Source: Trichinella spiralis (Eukaryota). Taken from it: DNA of 64,000 nucleotides. Position 1 is the stretch's first letter. The number at the start of each line of letters is the position of its first letter. A model generated the notes under the pieces. It had not been told where the DNA came from, did not search any database, and saw nothing but the letters and a program-made list of their open reading frames with translations. Below are positions 49,828-64,000 of the stretch, in pieces. The stretch covers positions 1,330,498 through 1,394,497 of the forward strand of contig NW_003526944.1 in assembly GCF_000181795.1 (NCBI RefSeq), in the 5' to 3' direction. The position numbers and the translations under genes are program-made.

Positions 49828-52779
49828 GAACAGTACCTGAATTTCCGCTACAATATACCACAAATCGGTCATGGCGTGTTAAAAACAAAACGACAATCAT
49901 TCAAAACCATTGATCAAATAATAAACATACTCGTCAATTACAAGAAAACAATTTACCTACCCTGACCATTTAACAGGAAATTAAAATTATCTCGATCAAA
50001 TTACCTTCATAAATATCAAACATACAAAAATGTAATAACGTTCAAAGCGAATCGAGCAACTTACTCAGTACAAAAACTGTATCAGAACAGAGAAATTTCA
50101 AAAAGAAAATACAAATACAATAAGTTTGAGAAAACAATTTTTCATTGAAAATTCAATTTATTATTCAAAAATAAAACACCATTCAATAAAACAGCCATTC
50201 AATTCACTAGTTGAAACTTTTCATCAAATAATTATAGAACAAAAACATAATTGAATAAAATTTACAAATAAAAAATCAGTTCACTCCACCACAAAGGCCA
50301 TTATACAAAAGAAAAACTGCTAACGTAGAATAATAACAAATTTCAATGTTCAGGTATTATTGAAAAGTTAACTGCATTACTATTACTGATATTGTAAAAT
50401 TATTACAAGAATATTAATTAAACGGAAAAAATTTCCATTTATCTGTTGCACTCTTGAAATGTAAAATTAAAATTCTGTAAAGAAATTCATCACCACTCAA
50501 AGTTATTTATAAAATATTTTAAAATTGTTCCGAATTAGCAGAGGAAATACAATAAATAAGTACTAACATAAATTATAAAACAGAACTATAAAACGCCCAC
50601 ACATACTAAGCTATTATTCATGAGAATCTGTTGAAATTGCAAAGAGAAACTTATTTAACATTAAACTGTTAACAATGCAAAAAATGAAACTGTTCCATTT
50701 AAATCAATAAATATATTTCAGTTCTTTAACATTTAAAATATCTAAAATCTAATCGAAAATGAAAAAGAAGCCTCTAAAGTGTCCAGAATGATAAACATGC
50801 ATAAATAAAATCAATAAAACTTCTGAAAATAAATGTTTACTCGGAAATACGTTGAATAAGAATAATAAAATCGTCAAACAAAATAATACACTTATACATC
50901 AAAATTTCACCAGTACAGCCACATAAGGTTAAGGAAATTTTCTGTAAAATATTATTTGCAGGTACAACGAGTGAAAGAAATGGAACTGATTAATTGGAAA
51001 AGTAATCGTTTCCAATTAAAATTGAAATTAATTTCACTTGTGGCATCTGTTATTCATATCACGTACACACATGTCTATGTATATATTAACTTCTTTAAGT
51101 AGAAAGTAAGTATAATCTTATAAATACTGTAGTTTTTATATTATTCTATTTATATATTCAAAAGTTATTCACGTTGCTACTAAAGGGAAAATGTCGCGTT
51201 TAAATTGCAAAAATACAGAAATTCACTTCTAATATTTCAATTGTAAAAATTTGAAAAATGAATTTCCTTTATTGTTGTCATAGAATTTGTAATAGATTTT
51301 AAAAAATATTTAAAAAACGAAATAAGGGTGTGGTACGTTTAATTTTAGTTATTCCAGTCATGTGACGTCACAGTTTCATTGACTTTCAATTTATTTATCT
51401 TAATCTGAGTTTTCGGTGAAGCAGATGTACAACGTTAGAAAAATAATTCATCAGAAACAGTAATTTCTGTTCTAATTTCTTACTTGTCTTTCTTTTATTC
51501 TAAAAGCTGCATACGGTGCATTTTTTTAATCTTTCCACTATTCATCCATTGTTCGTTAAAAAATTTGCAGTTTTTCAACACGTATTGTATTGAGCTGATT
51601 TTTCACACAGGCAATTTCAATATTTAACATGAAGCTTCTTCCTTCAATGATCCAATGAACATGATCAATCAATCATTCGCACGATAGAACTATACACGTC
51701 TACTTTTGCACCTACACTGCTTTCGTCGATTTTCAAGTACAATTAAATACAAGTTATACAGTAAGATATGGATGCTTGATTTTATGAAGATAAATTTGCC
51801 GTATTCGTCATGGAAATTGCTTTTATATTTTGCAAAAAAGCTTTTGTACTTGTTTTTCACATCACATTCTAGCCCATGCGTAACTAAGTGTGCATTAATT
51901 AATTAATTTCTGCGAAGAAACTTATTGCCTGCTGTTATGTAAAAGATGAATTTTATTTTTCAAATATTTTTTAATTTATTATTTATTCAATTTATAGTAA
52001 AATATTTGCACTTTTTAAATAAACTTGAATTTGCTTTGCACAGTATTTGAATAATAGGGATAATTTTCATTATTACTTCTAATATCACACAAGCAACTGT
52101 AGAAAAATGAATGACAATGAACATAGGTGGTGGAAAAAAAAGCAAAAGTGTTACACATTCAATGCGAGTTGCTTTTCATTCAAGTGAAGAAGATGCGAAT
52201 GCTCTCACAAATGCGGCTGTTGTTCATTTTGCCAATACGTCAGTGGTAATTTATCAGGCCTGTTTTATTTATGCTTAAACAAATTTGGCTTTTATCGGCA
52301 GAACTAGTCGAAGCTATCAGTAGTTTGTCCTGCTCGCAATATGCTTTGCCAGTTTGGAGAGTAATTTTCACTTCGAACACAGGTGTACGTACACTCGCCA
52401 CTACTTTTGGTCACAATTTTCGTCATTTTCCAATCGCCTTGAAATTTTTTTATTCATTGTTGTCAAAAAAATGAATTCTGCTTATGAATTATGGCGTCAG
52501 ATATCTTTTTTCGATCACAACGACACTTCGCATCGTTCGCACTTACTTGCAGATTATTGAGGCAGAAGATTGTTGCTCACATTTTGGCAACTGCACTTTA
52601 TTCAACGGCCGGCCGTTCATGCGAAATTTTAATGTTCGCGAAACGTATTATTATCACTATTATAATTCATTTATTATCATTTTATCATCAGTTAATATAG
52701 TCGTCGAATGTTGAGGTTTGTAATTTAAAAAAAAAAAAATTTTTTTTCTCACCTTTTTTTAGAATTAAACAAAAAAAAT

Positions 52780-54388
52780 ATGCATTGGCCTGCCATGAAA
52801 GTTGACAGCGCAAAACTTGTGATATTTCTTTTGATATTTTCTGGTTTTTTAAAAGAGTTTCGACCAATTTTGCCATTTATGAATACTTACCTCACATCAT
52901 CGGCCAGAAATTTCACTGACGACACTCTCAATCATCAAGTTTATCCCGTCTGGACATATTCCTATATGGCTCTGCTTCTTCCAGTTCTTCTATTATCTGA
53001 CAATGTGCACCATTTCACATTTGTCATCATTGGAACATTCGGTCAACTTTGCACGATGCTGGCGATGATCTATGGTACAACTGTCGCTTGTTTGCAGCTA
53101 ATGGAAATAGCGTACGGTTTAACAACAGCCTGCGATATCTCGTCCATGTCATTTTTGTTCTTTGTTGTCGGTGATCTGAAAAAATTTCAAAAAATCATCA
53201 GCATCATGAGAGCAGTCACTCTGCTTGGTATGTGTATAAGTTATGTGATTGGTCAGGTGAGGAAATATTCATTTCTGTTAAAATAATTTTCAATTTGACT
53301 ATTGGAAAATGATTTAGCTGTTTTTATGGTTTGGTGTCACCGATTATACCGTTCATGCGTATGTTTCCTTGACTGCTTCGGTTGCAACAGTTCTACTCGT
53401 GCTTTTCATTTGCTTGTTGAGAAAAGTGTGGCTGAAGCCTAGAACCATGCATCGACGAACCGAAAACGATACCAAATTTAGTATCCACTTTCTCACAGTG
53501 CTATTTTATCGACTGAAAAAATGCTATCATTCAATTTTTGTTATTAAATGGTCAATCTTTTGGGCAATTTCCACCTGCGGCTATTTGCAAGTTGTCAATT
53601 ATATTCAACTTCTTTGGTCAAAGTTGCAAGATAAAAATGACAATTCAACTATTTATAATGGAATAACCGAAGCTGTTAATGCGTTGTTAGGCAAGCAATA
53701 ATTTCACTCCGCTACCTCAATTTCAAATGTGATAACGCACTATAAATCATTTTGTTCTACTTTTAGGTGCAGGCGTAGCTTTCGCTGTGCAATACGTGCA
53801 TCTCAATTGGGCATTGATTGGCGACATGTATCTTTTTATGATTTCCATTGTTCAAGCGATATTTTTAATCACCTTGAGTCAAACTTTACAAATGACCATC
53901 GCGTACATTTTATACATCTTATATTGCCTTCTTTATCAAACTAGTATTACTGTTTGCACGTAAGTTTCATTTTTTATGAATATTTTTTCCTGTAATTGAT
54001 TTTATTATTACACTGCTTTAGATATCTGATCGCTACACACGCACCAAAGCGATATCACGCTTTAGCTTTTGGCTCAAATACATTTATTGCACTGCTATTG
54101 CAAACTGTTCTCACTTTAATTGTTGCCGATAGCAACGGATTTGCATTGGATATATCATCGCAGGTAATTTATTTATTTTTTTTACAAAAACGCTAATTTA
54201 TAATTCAGTTATAACGTTTTCAGTTTAATGTTTATGGTATACTACATGGTACAGTTTCAGTTTTTTACCTAATTTCCGGCATTGTGATATTAGCAAAACA
54301 TTGGCCAATAAATTGGAATGCATTTCTAGAAACTGATGAAGAGTTGAACGACTCGAAAAATGCAAATGAAGCGGTCACCGCTGCTTAA
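52780..54388 (+). CDS. SLC19 reduced folate / thiamine transporter family protein (folt-like)
   Basis: GFLKEFRP..F..YL, QVYPVWTYSY, MEIAYG, KWSIFWA..CGYLQVVNYIQLLW, YNGITEA and FGSNTFIALLLQTVLTLIVAD are SLC19 motifs. Five exons, TAA at 54388. Confidence 0.93.
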
Positions 54389-57300
54389 TACGAATTGTTT
54401 AAAATTTGAAATATAAAAATTGAATAGAGAGAATGTTTGTTATTCATTGGTAACCTTGCTTCATAATTATTATTACTACTGTTAATAGTAATGCTAACTT
54501 TTCTGTTAATAATATTCACTTTGCAAACATATACATACCAAATTCATATCAACATCAGATTGTTCAAAATAAATTGATATGTTGAAATAGTGTTTCAAAA
54601 TTTTGGTGCTAATTATTTCTGAAGTAATTAACTGATTCTTACTGTCAGAATTTGAATATCAGGTAAATTGAAGTAATAACTAATTTCAACTTATCAAAAA
54701 AAATACCAAAAAATTATACTGAACCATTGTTAAACATCGATTAGCATTGATAATTTTTTATCTGATATACATAGTGATTATGAAGATGTCTATTCAAAAA
54801 TTATACAGATCGGTAATGTGGAAAAAATATTTTACTTACTCGTAATTCTGCCGATACAAATACACTGATAGAAGCGTCTTCAGTGATAGGCGATAATGGA
54901 ATGATGGCTTTGCAAAATGGCCATATCTTTCCATACGTTAAAAGAAAAGAAATTACACGAAAGCATCATATTAGCTGAATATCCACCAGGCTGGGGCCAT
55001 TGAAGAAGAATACGTAGTTTGGCAAAAATTGCTTCAAAAGTTGTGCAAAGTGGGCAAATGTGTTGCTGCGGCGAAGCATCAAAAGAATCGGATGCCATTT
55101 GCATGTGGTCGTTTCCACTAAATTGCAGCAGTTTAAAAATTGCCAAATGGTAGTGTTGATTGATTGTTTGCCTTTAAAGAGCATACTGATGATGCGCACA
55201 AGTTCTCCTTCCTGACTATAAAGAACAAGTACCGCTTTTTGTTGGACTTTTGAAAAAGCTGATTTCCATTGTTGCCAACATGTTTATGAAACCAAAATAT
55301 GCGCATGTGGGGAAATTTATTTTTTCCAGACACTAAGTGCCGCAAACAAACTGTTTCTGAGACTTGGTTGGATCCCAAATCGCCGGTTAGAACCGAGATT
55401 GAAACTTCTTCAGTATCTCGGAAAAACAATCGCCCATCAACATTTCAAGTGCTGAAATGATGATCACTTTCTTCTGCTGGCGAACTGCTTTTCTTGAAAC
55501 TAACGGCAAAATTTAAATACTCTTGCAAAACTGATCGTGCCATTGCTAAGTACAATTGTTATTCAAGCCAATTTTATTAATTCACTTACCAAAATAATGC
55601 GCCGCATTTGAGCACTCGGACAAGACGAAATAGAATGACCAGAACGTCAAACACAATCTCAACTGATAAGCAATGGAAAATGCAAATTTCATAATCGTTT
55701 TGCAACTATTTCGACTGCTTGTAAATAAATAGAATTTAAAACACACTCGACTAGATAAAATAGCTAATAAATGAAAATTCAGTGTAAAAAAAGTAGATAT
55801 TCATATTAAAATGAAGGCAGAGCAATTAAAACTGAATTAAAAGTAAAAAAAAATGCAAGCATTTTTGACTTAAAAAATAAAAAAAGAAAAAACTTACATT
55901 TCACGGATGAATTGTGAAAAGATGAATATTAGTGTTGTTGCAAAAAATAAAAATAAAAAATATTTACAAGTACGATCGTCTAAAGTCGGAACATCCACTG
56001 AGCATCCGTCCAATTTTCAATTCTCATTGGCGCAGATGTCAGTGGAGGTTCCGGTTCAAACAAGCAAAAAACCTGGGCTGCTGTTGGTAAAAAATTAATA
56101 CGTCGAATTCGAACAGTCAGAAGTTCTTTCCATTTTATTTTTTGAAAATGCTAAAAATATTAATTTTTAAAAATATGTTGCAAAGTAGAATGGTTTATAT
56201 TTTCGGATTATTACGGTGCAGTGCGTGGTGAATGAAGTGAGATAGATAGATAGATATGCACAATTCGAGCTGGTGAATGAAAGCCATCAACGAACCTTCC
56301 ACTAATTCGCCGTCCAATTCTTAAATAACCGATTGGGATGACGATTAGTGAAAGGTTCGCTGAATGAAAAAAGTAAAAATTAAACCGTCGCCTGTGAAAA
56401 TTTTCGAAAAACAGCAATTGTTATTCTTCTCGCCATTATGCTAATTTTCAAATTAATTTTCCCTGCACCAATAGCAGTTCAGTTCAGTTCAGTTCAGTTC
56501 AATTGGTTTCAAATTCGATGAAATGAAGTAAAAATTTTCTTCAGTCATGGTAGAAAAAGAAAACAAAAATTTGCTTTTGATCAAAATCAATTCTCCCCTT
56601 TTCGTTAAATAAAACAATAAATTTTTTTTCTTATTTTTCCAAATGCGTGTTGAAAAATAACAACAGCGAATGAAAATTGTTTAACAAAAATATTTTTCGA
56701 ATTCTTACCGGTTTGTATTTTAAGTATCGATTATATACTATATTATAGTTGACTAAATTGAATTGCAAAAAGAAAAATTGAAATGAATAAAAAGAGAGAA
56801 AAAGAAAGAGAGAAAGTGAGAAAACTAGTCTGCGCGAAGAACAACCAACGCTGATAAGAAATATAAAACACTGTGGACAACGTTGAACGTGGGCGAACAT
56901 TGAGAAACAAGGAACAAACGAGCCGATTGGCGTCCGATAGACAATCACATCCGCCTTCTGTACGGACGACGATTACGTGTCTTCTGAAGTGTTGGAAAAT
57001 TGAAAATTTTCAAGCGGATGGATGATGGTTTCTACATTTTTTTTTCTTTTTCAACAATAAAAAAATTGCTTATTGAAAAATATTTTCCACTGCATACTTT
57101 CTTGCATTCGGCGAACGAATGCAAAAATTTCACTCGGACTCGACTATACACTATTATAAAAAATTTGCATTACTGACGTCGAGCCAAGTAAATTTGAACC
57201 TGAGAAAATGTGAAATAATGCTAAAGTGGACAAAGTGCACCTTGTAAGCTTCGAGAAAAAGGAAGAAAAAAAATACAATTATTTCACCAAATTGAAAAAC

Positions 57301-59067
57301 TTAATAAAAAAATAACTAAAACCATAAAATAAGAAGAATAGTGGTTTTTTTTCAAATAAATGTCCCACCTACCTGACTGCGTTGAAAACAATATCACCAT
57401 CCGTGCATACTGCTCGCTTCAACTTACGATCAGCTTTGCTCGGGAAAGACGATTCAACAACCGGTCGGGCAGCCACCCCATTCGCATCTCACAGGTGCAA
57501 ATGAAAATATCCTCTCCGTGAGTTCGTTTATATAGTGGCGATGATCGCACAAGAACTGACCAATCATGACAGTCTGGAGAACAGATTCCGCGATTTCGGA
57601 AAGAAACGACTGAAGCACTAACTTTATTATTAAATTTCTTACCTTATACTGTACATGAAAAAATTACTAAATTTCATTTGAAAAATGGATGAAAAAAGTT
57701 AATCATCAAAAATTAATTAATTACGTTTTTTAAAAATAATTTTTTCCTGCAGTTTAAAAATTTATTTACGACACTATTGCATACTGTTTTAGAAACCAAT
57801 TTTCGCATCGCTTTCTCTTTGTAATTCATTCACTTTTAATTGACTTTACAAGCAAATTGATTTTGTTTCAAAAAATATACAATGTCAATAAATCGTACGA
57901 AAACTATTTCCAATAAAAAAGCAAAAATTTTGTACTTACGAATCTCAGTTGAAATTTGCATAATTCTTTGCAGCAACAAATTTTATTTGAAAAGCGACTT
58001 TTCGAATAATAATAATAATAACAGGATGAAATAAATGAAGATGAAACATTTTCAATAACGAACTGCAATGTTTTTTTCTGAATTTTTTGATTGCAACTGA
58101 ATTGTGAAAATATGTTTAAAATCAAATTTTAAAATGCATTTCATAACGCGTTGTTGTTTTTAACAAACAACAGTGCAATGTTCGAAGTAAAATTTGCATT
58201 TTACGTCTCCTAGGGCAGTTTTAGCGAAAGTATAATTGAAACTACTGTTGTCAAGTATTTTATAATTCAATGTTCACTTCCAATTTTCGGCTTTTTCATC
58301 AAACTGTTGGAATCTGCATTGAGAAACTTCCGATGAACTGCATAAACGGACAGAAACATGATATTTGTAATATTGCCGACTGTCCGCGTGTTCTTTTATC
58401 GCTTTTACTTGGGCCATTTTATTAAAAATTATTGTGATTCCATTAAAAATTCTTTTTACGCAATTTTGAAACTCTTGAAATGTTGAAAAAAGGTTTTAGC
58501 CAAATACGTTTCATCGTCTGCTTTCTTATGCTATTTTGGCTTAACATTTGCTTTTCTGAGTTTTTCAAAATTTTAGATTTTAAATTTTATCCAAACTGTT
58601 TTTTAACCATTATTATTCAGTTTAAAATATGCTTTTTAATTTATTTGAAAAACGTCTATAGTATAAAATAAGTAGGTAACATTTGTCGGCATTTTAAATT
58701 AATTAGGTCATATTTTTGTATTTGAAATTTCAGTATCGTATGAAAAAATCAAGTTTGCATTGAAATGAAAGTTACCAAAATGCACTGTACAATTTAATTT
58801 AGTCTTAAACAGGCTATTTAAATTATAAAACTACTTATTTATTTAAAAAAACGTATAAAATGATTAGATAAAGCAGTTTTCTTGTAAACAAAGCATCAGT
58901 TCTGGCCTTGTTTTTGTATATTAAATGAACATCGCTTTATGAATATATAATTTTTTACAAATATTTATTAATAATAAATCCAGTAATAATTATATACAAA
59001 TTAAATTTATCACATTTTTGTAAACTTAAACATACACCATCAATGCTGATGATATTTTCAAATTTCA

Positions 59068-59091
59068 ATATATATATATATATATATATAT
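59068..59091. repeat. (AT)n microsatellite
   Basis: Direct reading. Confidence 0.9.
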
Positions 59092-59832
59092 CAACAAATT
59101 TATGTTAGCCGACAACAATTGATCAAGTTACTAAATATGAACTACCAGCATAAGCGAATCGAACGAACCGTTATTCAACAGCTATAAAACATTGAACAGA
59201 TCAGCGGTCTGATACAATTTCTCACGACTACCAGAGAATGGAAAATTTTTAAATCTGCTCGCTAAAAATGTTTCTTTAATATAGTAATTGAATAGATATT
59301 TAACTTCTGATAAAAGCAGAAAAAAAATCCGTGACATTTTCAACTGACTTTTGCACTTCGCGTTCAAAAAAGAACTACCGCTGTTGCAATGATTCATGCC
59401 AGTGGGCTGCTGCTTACTGTTGGGCTAAATTTTGTTCATAATTTTTGTTTTTTTTGTTTGTTGAACATTGTTGAAAAATTCGTAAAACAGTTAAAAATTA
59501 AAACAACAAATGCAACATGTTTGTTAAGTGAAAAAATTTCAAATTAAAATGTATTGTCGCAAATGGAATGCCAACTGAAGATGATGCGCATTCGTGAAAG
59601 CCGAGATACAAAAGTGGTTCACGTCCTAAAGACCCAAACGGGTTGACGAACTGAACCGGCTGTCACCATCCAGCTTTCAAGGTCAATTCACTTGTACCTT
59701 GTCTTTTACAATTCACTTACTTTACATATATTAGAACAATTTCATTCTATATCACTTTTCCTGTTCACCTACACACAGATATACCAACAACTACAACAAC
59801 AGCAACTTAACACTGGTGCGCATAAAAACAGC

Positions 59833-61323
59833 ATGGATAGTAGTGAAAAATTGAATGGAACATTTTCCGTGCAAACGGTGACCATTTTGGCCACTGGTCT
59901 CAGCATTTTCAGTATGCTTTTCTGTCTTATCTCTGCGCCACTTCTTCTCAACGAAATCCACGTCATCTGGAATGAATTGGATGTCCAAATCGGTTCCTTC
60001 AAGGTAGCCACCGTATTTTTACAATACACACACATACATTTTCATTTGAACATGCACCCCCATTCAGTTTGATTCCATTTTGAGAGGACTGAATAATTTC
60101 ATATTTTTTATATAAAACAAACTTAAAGTCTGGGAAAAGTAATAATAGCACTAATAATAATGTTCTTATTAATGCAATATTTTATATACAACTTATGAAA
60201 ACTGTTCATTTATTTATTATATATAATGAAAAACAGAATAATATAACATTTCTCAGCTCAAAAGTCATTACTTATATTGATATAATTTAGGAAATGTCTG
60301 ACGATATTTGGAAAGAAATGATGACATTCGAAATGGCTGATCGTCGTAAAAGGCAGTATGGATTATTTCCATCAACAGCCTTCGAAAATGTACTTCCACC
60401 GGGCAATATACCATTTCCCCCGGGACATAATGAATTGGCCGACAATGGTCAAACAGAATTTGTGCAAAATATTGCAACTACAAATAACGATTCTTCATTA
60501 CCATATCTGGAGAAACCAATAAACAAACGCAAATGCCAATGCAGCATGCGGACAGAAAATAAATGTCCAAGAGGACCAGTGGGACCACCAGGAATTCCGG
60601 GTGAACCAGGTTTAGATGGTGAAAATGGTATTCCTGGAAAACCTGGCCCAAATGGAAAAGATGCGATGGTGATGACTCCTGGCAAAGAAGACTGCATTGT
60701 CTGTCGTTCGTGTAACATCGGTCCGCCTGGTCCGCAAGGTTTACCAGGTATTGTTGTCAAATTAAATTTTCCACAAATAATTCTTCTGCAAAATTATGAA
60801 TATTCTTCTTGAAGGTCCACAAGGTTTGCGTGGTCAGCCAGGTCGTGCTGGCTTGCCGGGCAATGACGGAGCGCCTGGTGCTCCGGGGGAAATGGGACCT
60901 CCCGGAAGTCAGGGAGAAATTGGAAAACCAGGCCTTCCGGGTCGCAGTGGTGAAGATGCACAACGGATTGTAGGTATAAAAGGAAAACCCGGGATACAAG
61001 GTCCTCCTGGAGAGCCTGGCGACAAAGGTGCACCTGGTAAAGATGGTTCAGTTGGACCGCAAGGCGAACCTGGACCGGAGGGCGAAGTCGGTCCGCCTGG
61101 AAAAGATGCGCCGAGAGGCAAGCAGGGAAAAATTGGCTTACCCGGTGGGCCAGGTCCAGACGCTACTTATTGTCCCTGTCCCGCTAGAAGTCCGCAAAAT
61201 GTCAGGAAATCAACAACAACAACAACACCCACCAACAATGTACCACTCAGTCAAAGTGTCAAACCACTACCTAACCAAGAACATTTCGTCGCCCATCACC
61301 GATCAAGCAACCGTAAAATTTAA
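59833..61323 (+). CDS. Nematode cuticle collagen
   Basis: Col_cuticle_N hydrophobic helix, RRKRQY cleavage site, CQC..CP.GP.G, Gly-X-Y blocks and [11 protein letters not shown]. Exons 59833-60003, 60291-60747 and 60815-61323. Confidence 0.96.
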
Positions 61324-61853
61324 CATTTTTAATGTATTTGTTTAACTTTGATTCAATATCAAAGTCTGCTTTAAAAAAAGAAAAGAAATTTTCAACATGC
61401 CAAATTAATTGAATTATAAACATTACTGAAATAAATTTCCATTCAAATGTAATAATGAGAATGTCCCTGATAAACAAACGCCACCATGCATTTATTTATT
61501 CTAAACAACTGCAATAATTTCAGAAATACACATTCTGCAAACTGCAAAGCAATCAAATTATCAGAATTTCAATAAACGATTATTCATACATAATACAAAC
61601 TTTTCCCCATATATAAGCGTTTATAACAATTCTTTGCAATGAATGCTTTAAATACTTTTTAAATGTTAAACTAAAAATATTGAATTTATTAATTTACGAA
61701 TCCAAAATCATTTACAGAAAATTCATCAGATTATAATAAACAGAAACAAAAAACAGAAAAAAATTGTTTACTTTAACGACGACAAATCATGATGTTTCAC
61801 TTGTCATGATAATGCAGGCGGTTAGAAAAAAATATATTACGCAAGCGTGATCA

Positions 61854-64000
61854 TCATTTCTTATTCGCTCCCCAAAGCAGACCTTTGACAAATCCACTTA
61901 AACCACCTGCTTTATTATCTTGCTTATTAAGTTCCATCTCATCCAATGTTTCGTCCAGTGATGATGGAAAACGGACATAGTTCAAAGCCAAATCAAAAAA
62001 CAATGGCTTGCATGGAATGGGCATGAAAGACGGCGGTATTGGCACTAGCTTTATGCGTCCTTTCAAATCTGCTGGAGTGTAATTTCGGAATGTATCCAAA
62101 CTTTCAATAATGGGCTGAAATTCAAAAATCATTTTGTATAATAAAAATCAATGAAATTTAATTTTATACACAAAATTAACTATCACTTTTTCCTCATCAA
62201 CCAACGTTTTCATAGTTTCTTCTTTTTCTCCTTGTACTAAACAATGAGCGTGTGACTGATATTTACCCTTGTTGGCAGACATTAGCAATGCTTTCAATTG
62301 CTCTTCGGACACCTGCATAATAAAATTATTTGTTCAACAACAATATCAGTAGAAGAGAACATATATATCATAATTATATCAGTTTTACATAAACGTTCTC
62401 GTCACTTTTCCACGCAGCACTTTGTTTCAATTCATTTATATATTCTACGGTTCGCTGATACAAAGCCAATGCTTCAGGCCATTTCTTTTGTGAATAGAAA
62501 ATCTCAGCTACGTGGAAACATCTACCAACAACATTGTCGTAAAGTTAATTTTAAAAGAAAATCATAATAATAATAATAATACCTAAGCGTTCTGAAGTAT
62601 AACATCTGATCGGCAAAACACTGATCCAACTTGATCAACGGCAATTGTTGCAATTCAGCAAAATTCTTCAAAAAATACAATTAATATTTAAAAGAACAAC
62701 AACAATCATAACATCCTTTTTTACCTGCAAAATGGAATCATACAAACGAATTAAATCTTGTGATTTTGCACCCTTCTTTTGCATAGCTTCGATCATCATG
62801 TTATAACGATCGGTACTTTTTGTCAATCGCACGTACGTCAAATACAAATAAAGCAGATTAGCATTTGAAAATATTTCTTGCTTTTCGCCATCCTGAGCAC
62901 GTTTTAATTTGAAATTCTACAATTTTTTTTCACAAATAACAAGGATAAAGTAGAATAAATAGGGGGAAAAAAATTCTCGTCAATACCTCGCCTTTAGCCT
63001 CTTCACGAACACTTTGAATAGCATCTCGACAGTCACTTAATAGTCGTTCATAAAGAGCAAGCTGAAATATAAGCATCAACAAATATCCCATGAAATAAAA
63101 AGAAGATAACGAAACATACTTTCCCATCATAATCGTTGGTTTCTTCTACTTGACGTTGAAAGTCACGCAAACTATTACAAAATGTGCAAACCCTAACGGG
63201 TTTGGCAAAATCCACTCGATGATTGCACCAAACAATTTCCGTTTCTGTAGAAATTGATTGCTTTTGACGGCATTCGGTCAACAAATTCTGTAAAATGTAA
63301 AAAATTATAAACAATAAATCAAAAAGGAAAGAAGAAAACTTTTGTACATCCAACTCGGAAAGCATCAAGCTTTCTGTTTCGTCGCTGATTTTCATTCGCA
63401 TCTGCATTAAATCTGCCAACGCAGTCGAGTCACCTATACTAAAGGCGCAGAATCGTAGATGGGGTGCCATTTCGTTGCACCTTTGCCGGTATAATTCGAC
63501 AAGTTGAGAAGATTTCGTCACAGACGACAAATTTTCATAAATCATTCTAAAAATTTATAAATAACTATAAAAAGTAATAAAAGAAAATTCTCAAACAAAA
63601 ACGCTGCTCATCAACTTTATGCAGCCAACAGTAATAGTTAAAGTTTAAAAATAAACATGTGGAATTTTATTTGAACGTTTCTTACTTTGAGGTGGTAAAA
63701 AATTCGTTGGCTTTAGTCCAGTTTTTCTGTTCAAATTCATAACAGCCTTGAAGCCAAGCTTTGTATGCTTGTGCTTCAAGTTTCGTAGCGGCGTCAACTA
63801 CTGAAGCATTTTTGGACAAAGTTTCCAACAAAACGCCATGATAGACCGCCTAACGAGAAAATTGATGCTAATTAAATTTAAACTGATTTCACTCTATTCA
63901 AAATTCTCGCCTTGACTACTCTATTCGTTGTTCTGTAGATGAAAACAAATTACGCTGAACTGTAACAAATTCATATTTACAATTCAGTACAGTAAAAGAA
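61854..64000 (-). CDS. SRP68: Signal recognition particle subunit SRP68 (3' portion; continues beyond the window)
   Basis: KLEAQAYKAW..G..EFEQK.W, LYRQRCNEMAPHLRFCAFSIGD, YERLLSDCRDAIQSVR, QDLIRLYDSILQ and C-terminal IPP.FMPIPCKPLFFDLALNYV.FP..GLSGFVKGLLWG. Confidence 0.95.

Noticed and set aside
50990..51019. 11-bp inverted repeat ttaattggaaa/tttccaattaa
   Set aside because: Short and AT-rich; plausible by chance.
57102..57124. 9-bp hairpin ttgcattcg/cgaatgcaa
   Set aside because: Too short, with no supporting context.
60449..61121. Pro/Gly-rich minus-strand ORFs
   Set aside because: Antisense of the collagen Gly-X-Y codons.

Overview
AT-rich eukaryotic DNA with short introns, clearly nematode and most likely Trichinella or a related clade I worm (inferred from gene content and intron style). 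The ends are ordinary multi-exon genes. Left: an EB-module protein, a chitin/polysaccharide deacetylase domain, and a CBM14 + EB-module protein. Right: a PAN-ZP protein, a DYF-7-like ZP protein, an Ariadne RBR E3 ligase, an SLC19 transporter, a cuticle collagen and the 3' part of SRP68. The middle (~16.5-39 kb) has no intact gene but is highly structured. An ~11.5 kb degenerate mirror (inverted duplication) has arms that each begin with a conserved TATA module and carry splice donors pointing inward. Its core holds an antisense 18S rDNA fragment bounded by splice sites, a REL-type non-LTR retrotransposon fragment, a pre-miRNA-like hairpin and a ~223-bp palindromic octamer-rich tandem repeat. 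Further right are a ~1.27-kb tandem repeat, a third rearranged copy of the arm modules, and a probable uncollapsed duplicate across an assembly gap. Exon boundaries and alignments were read by eye and are approximate.
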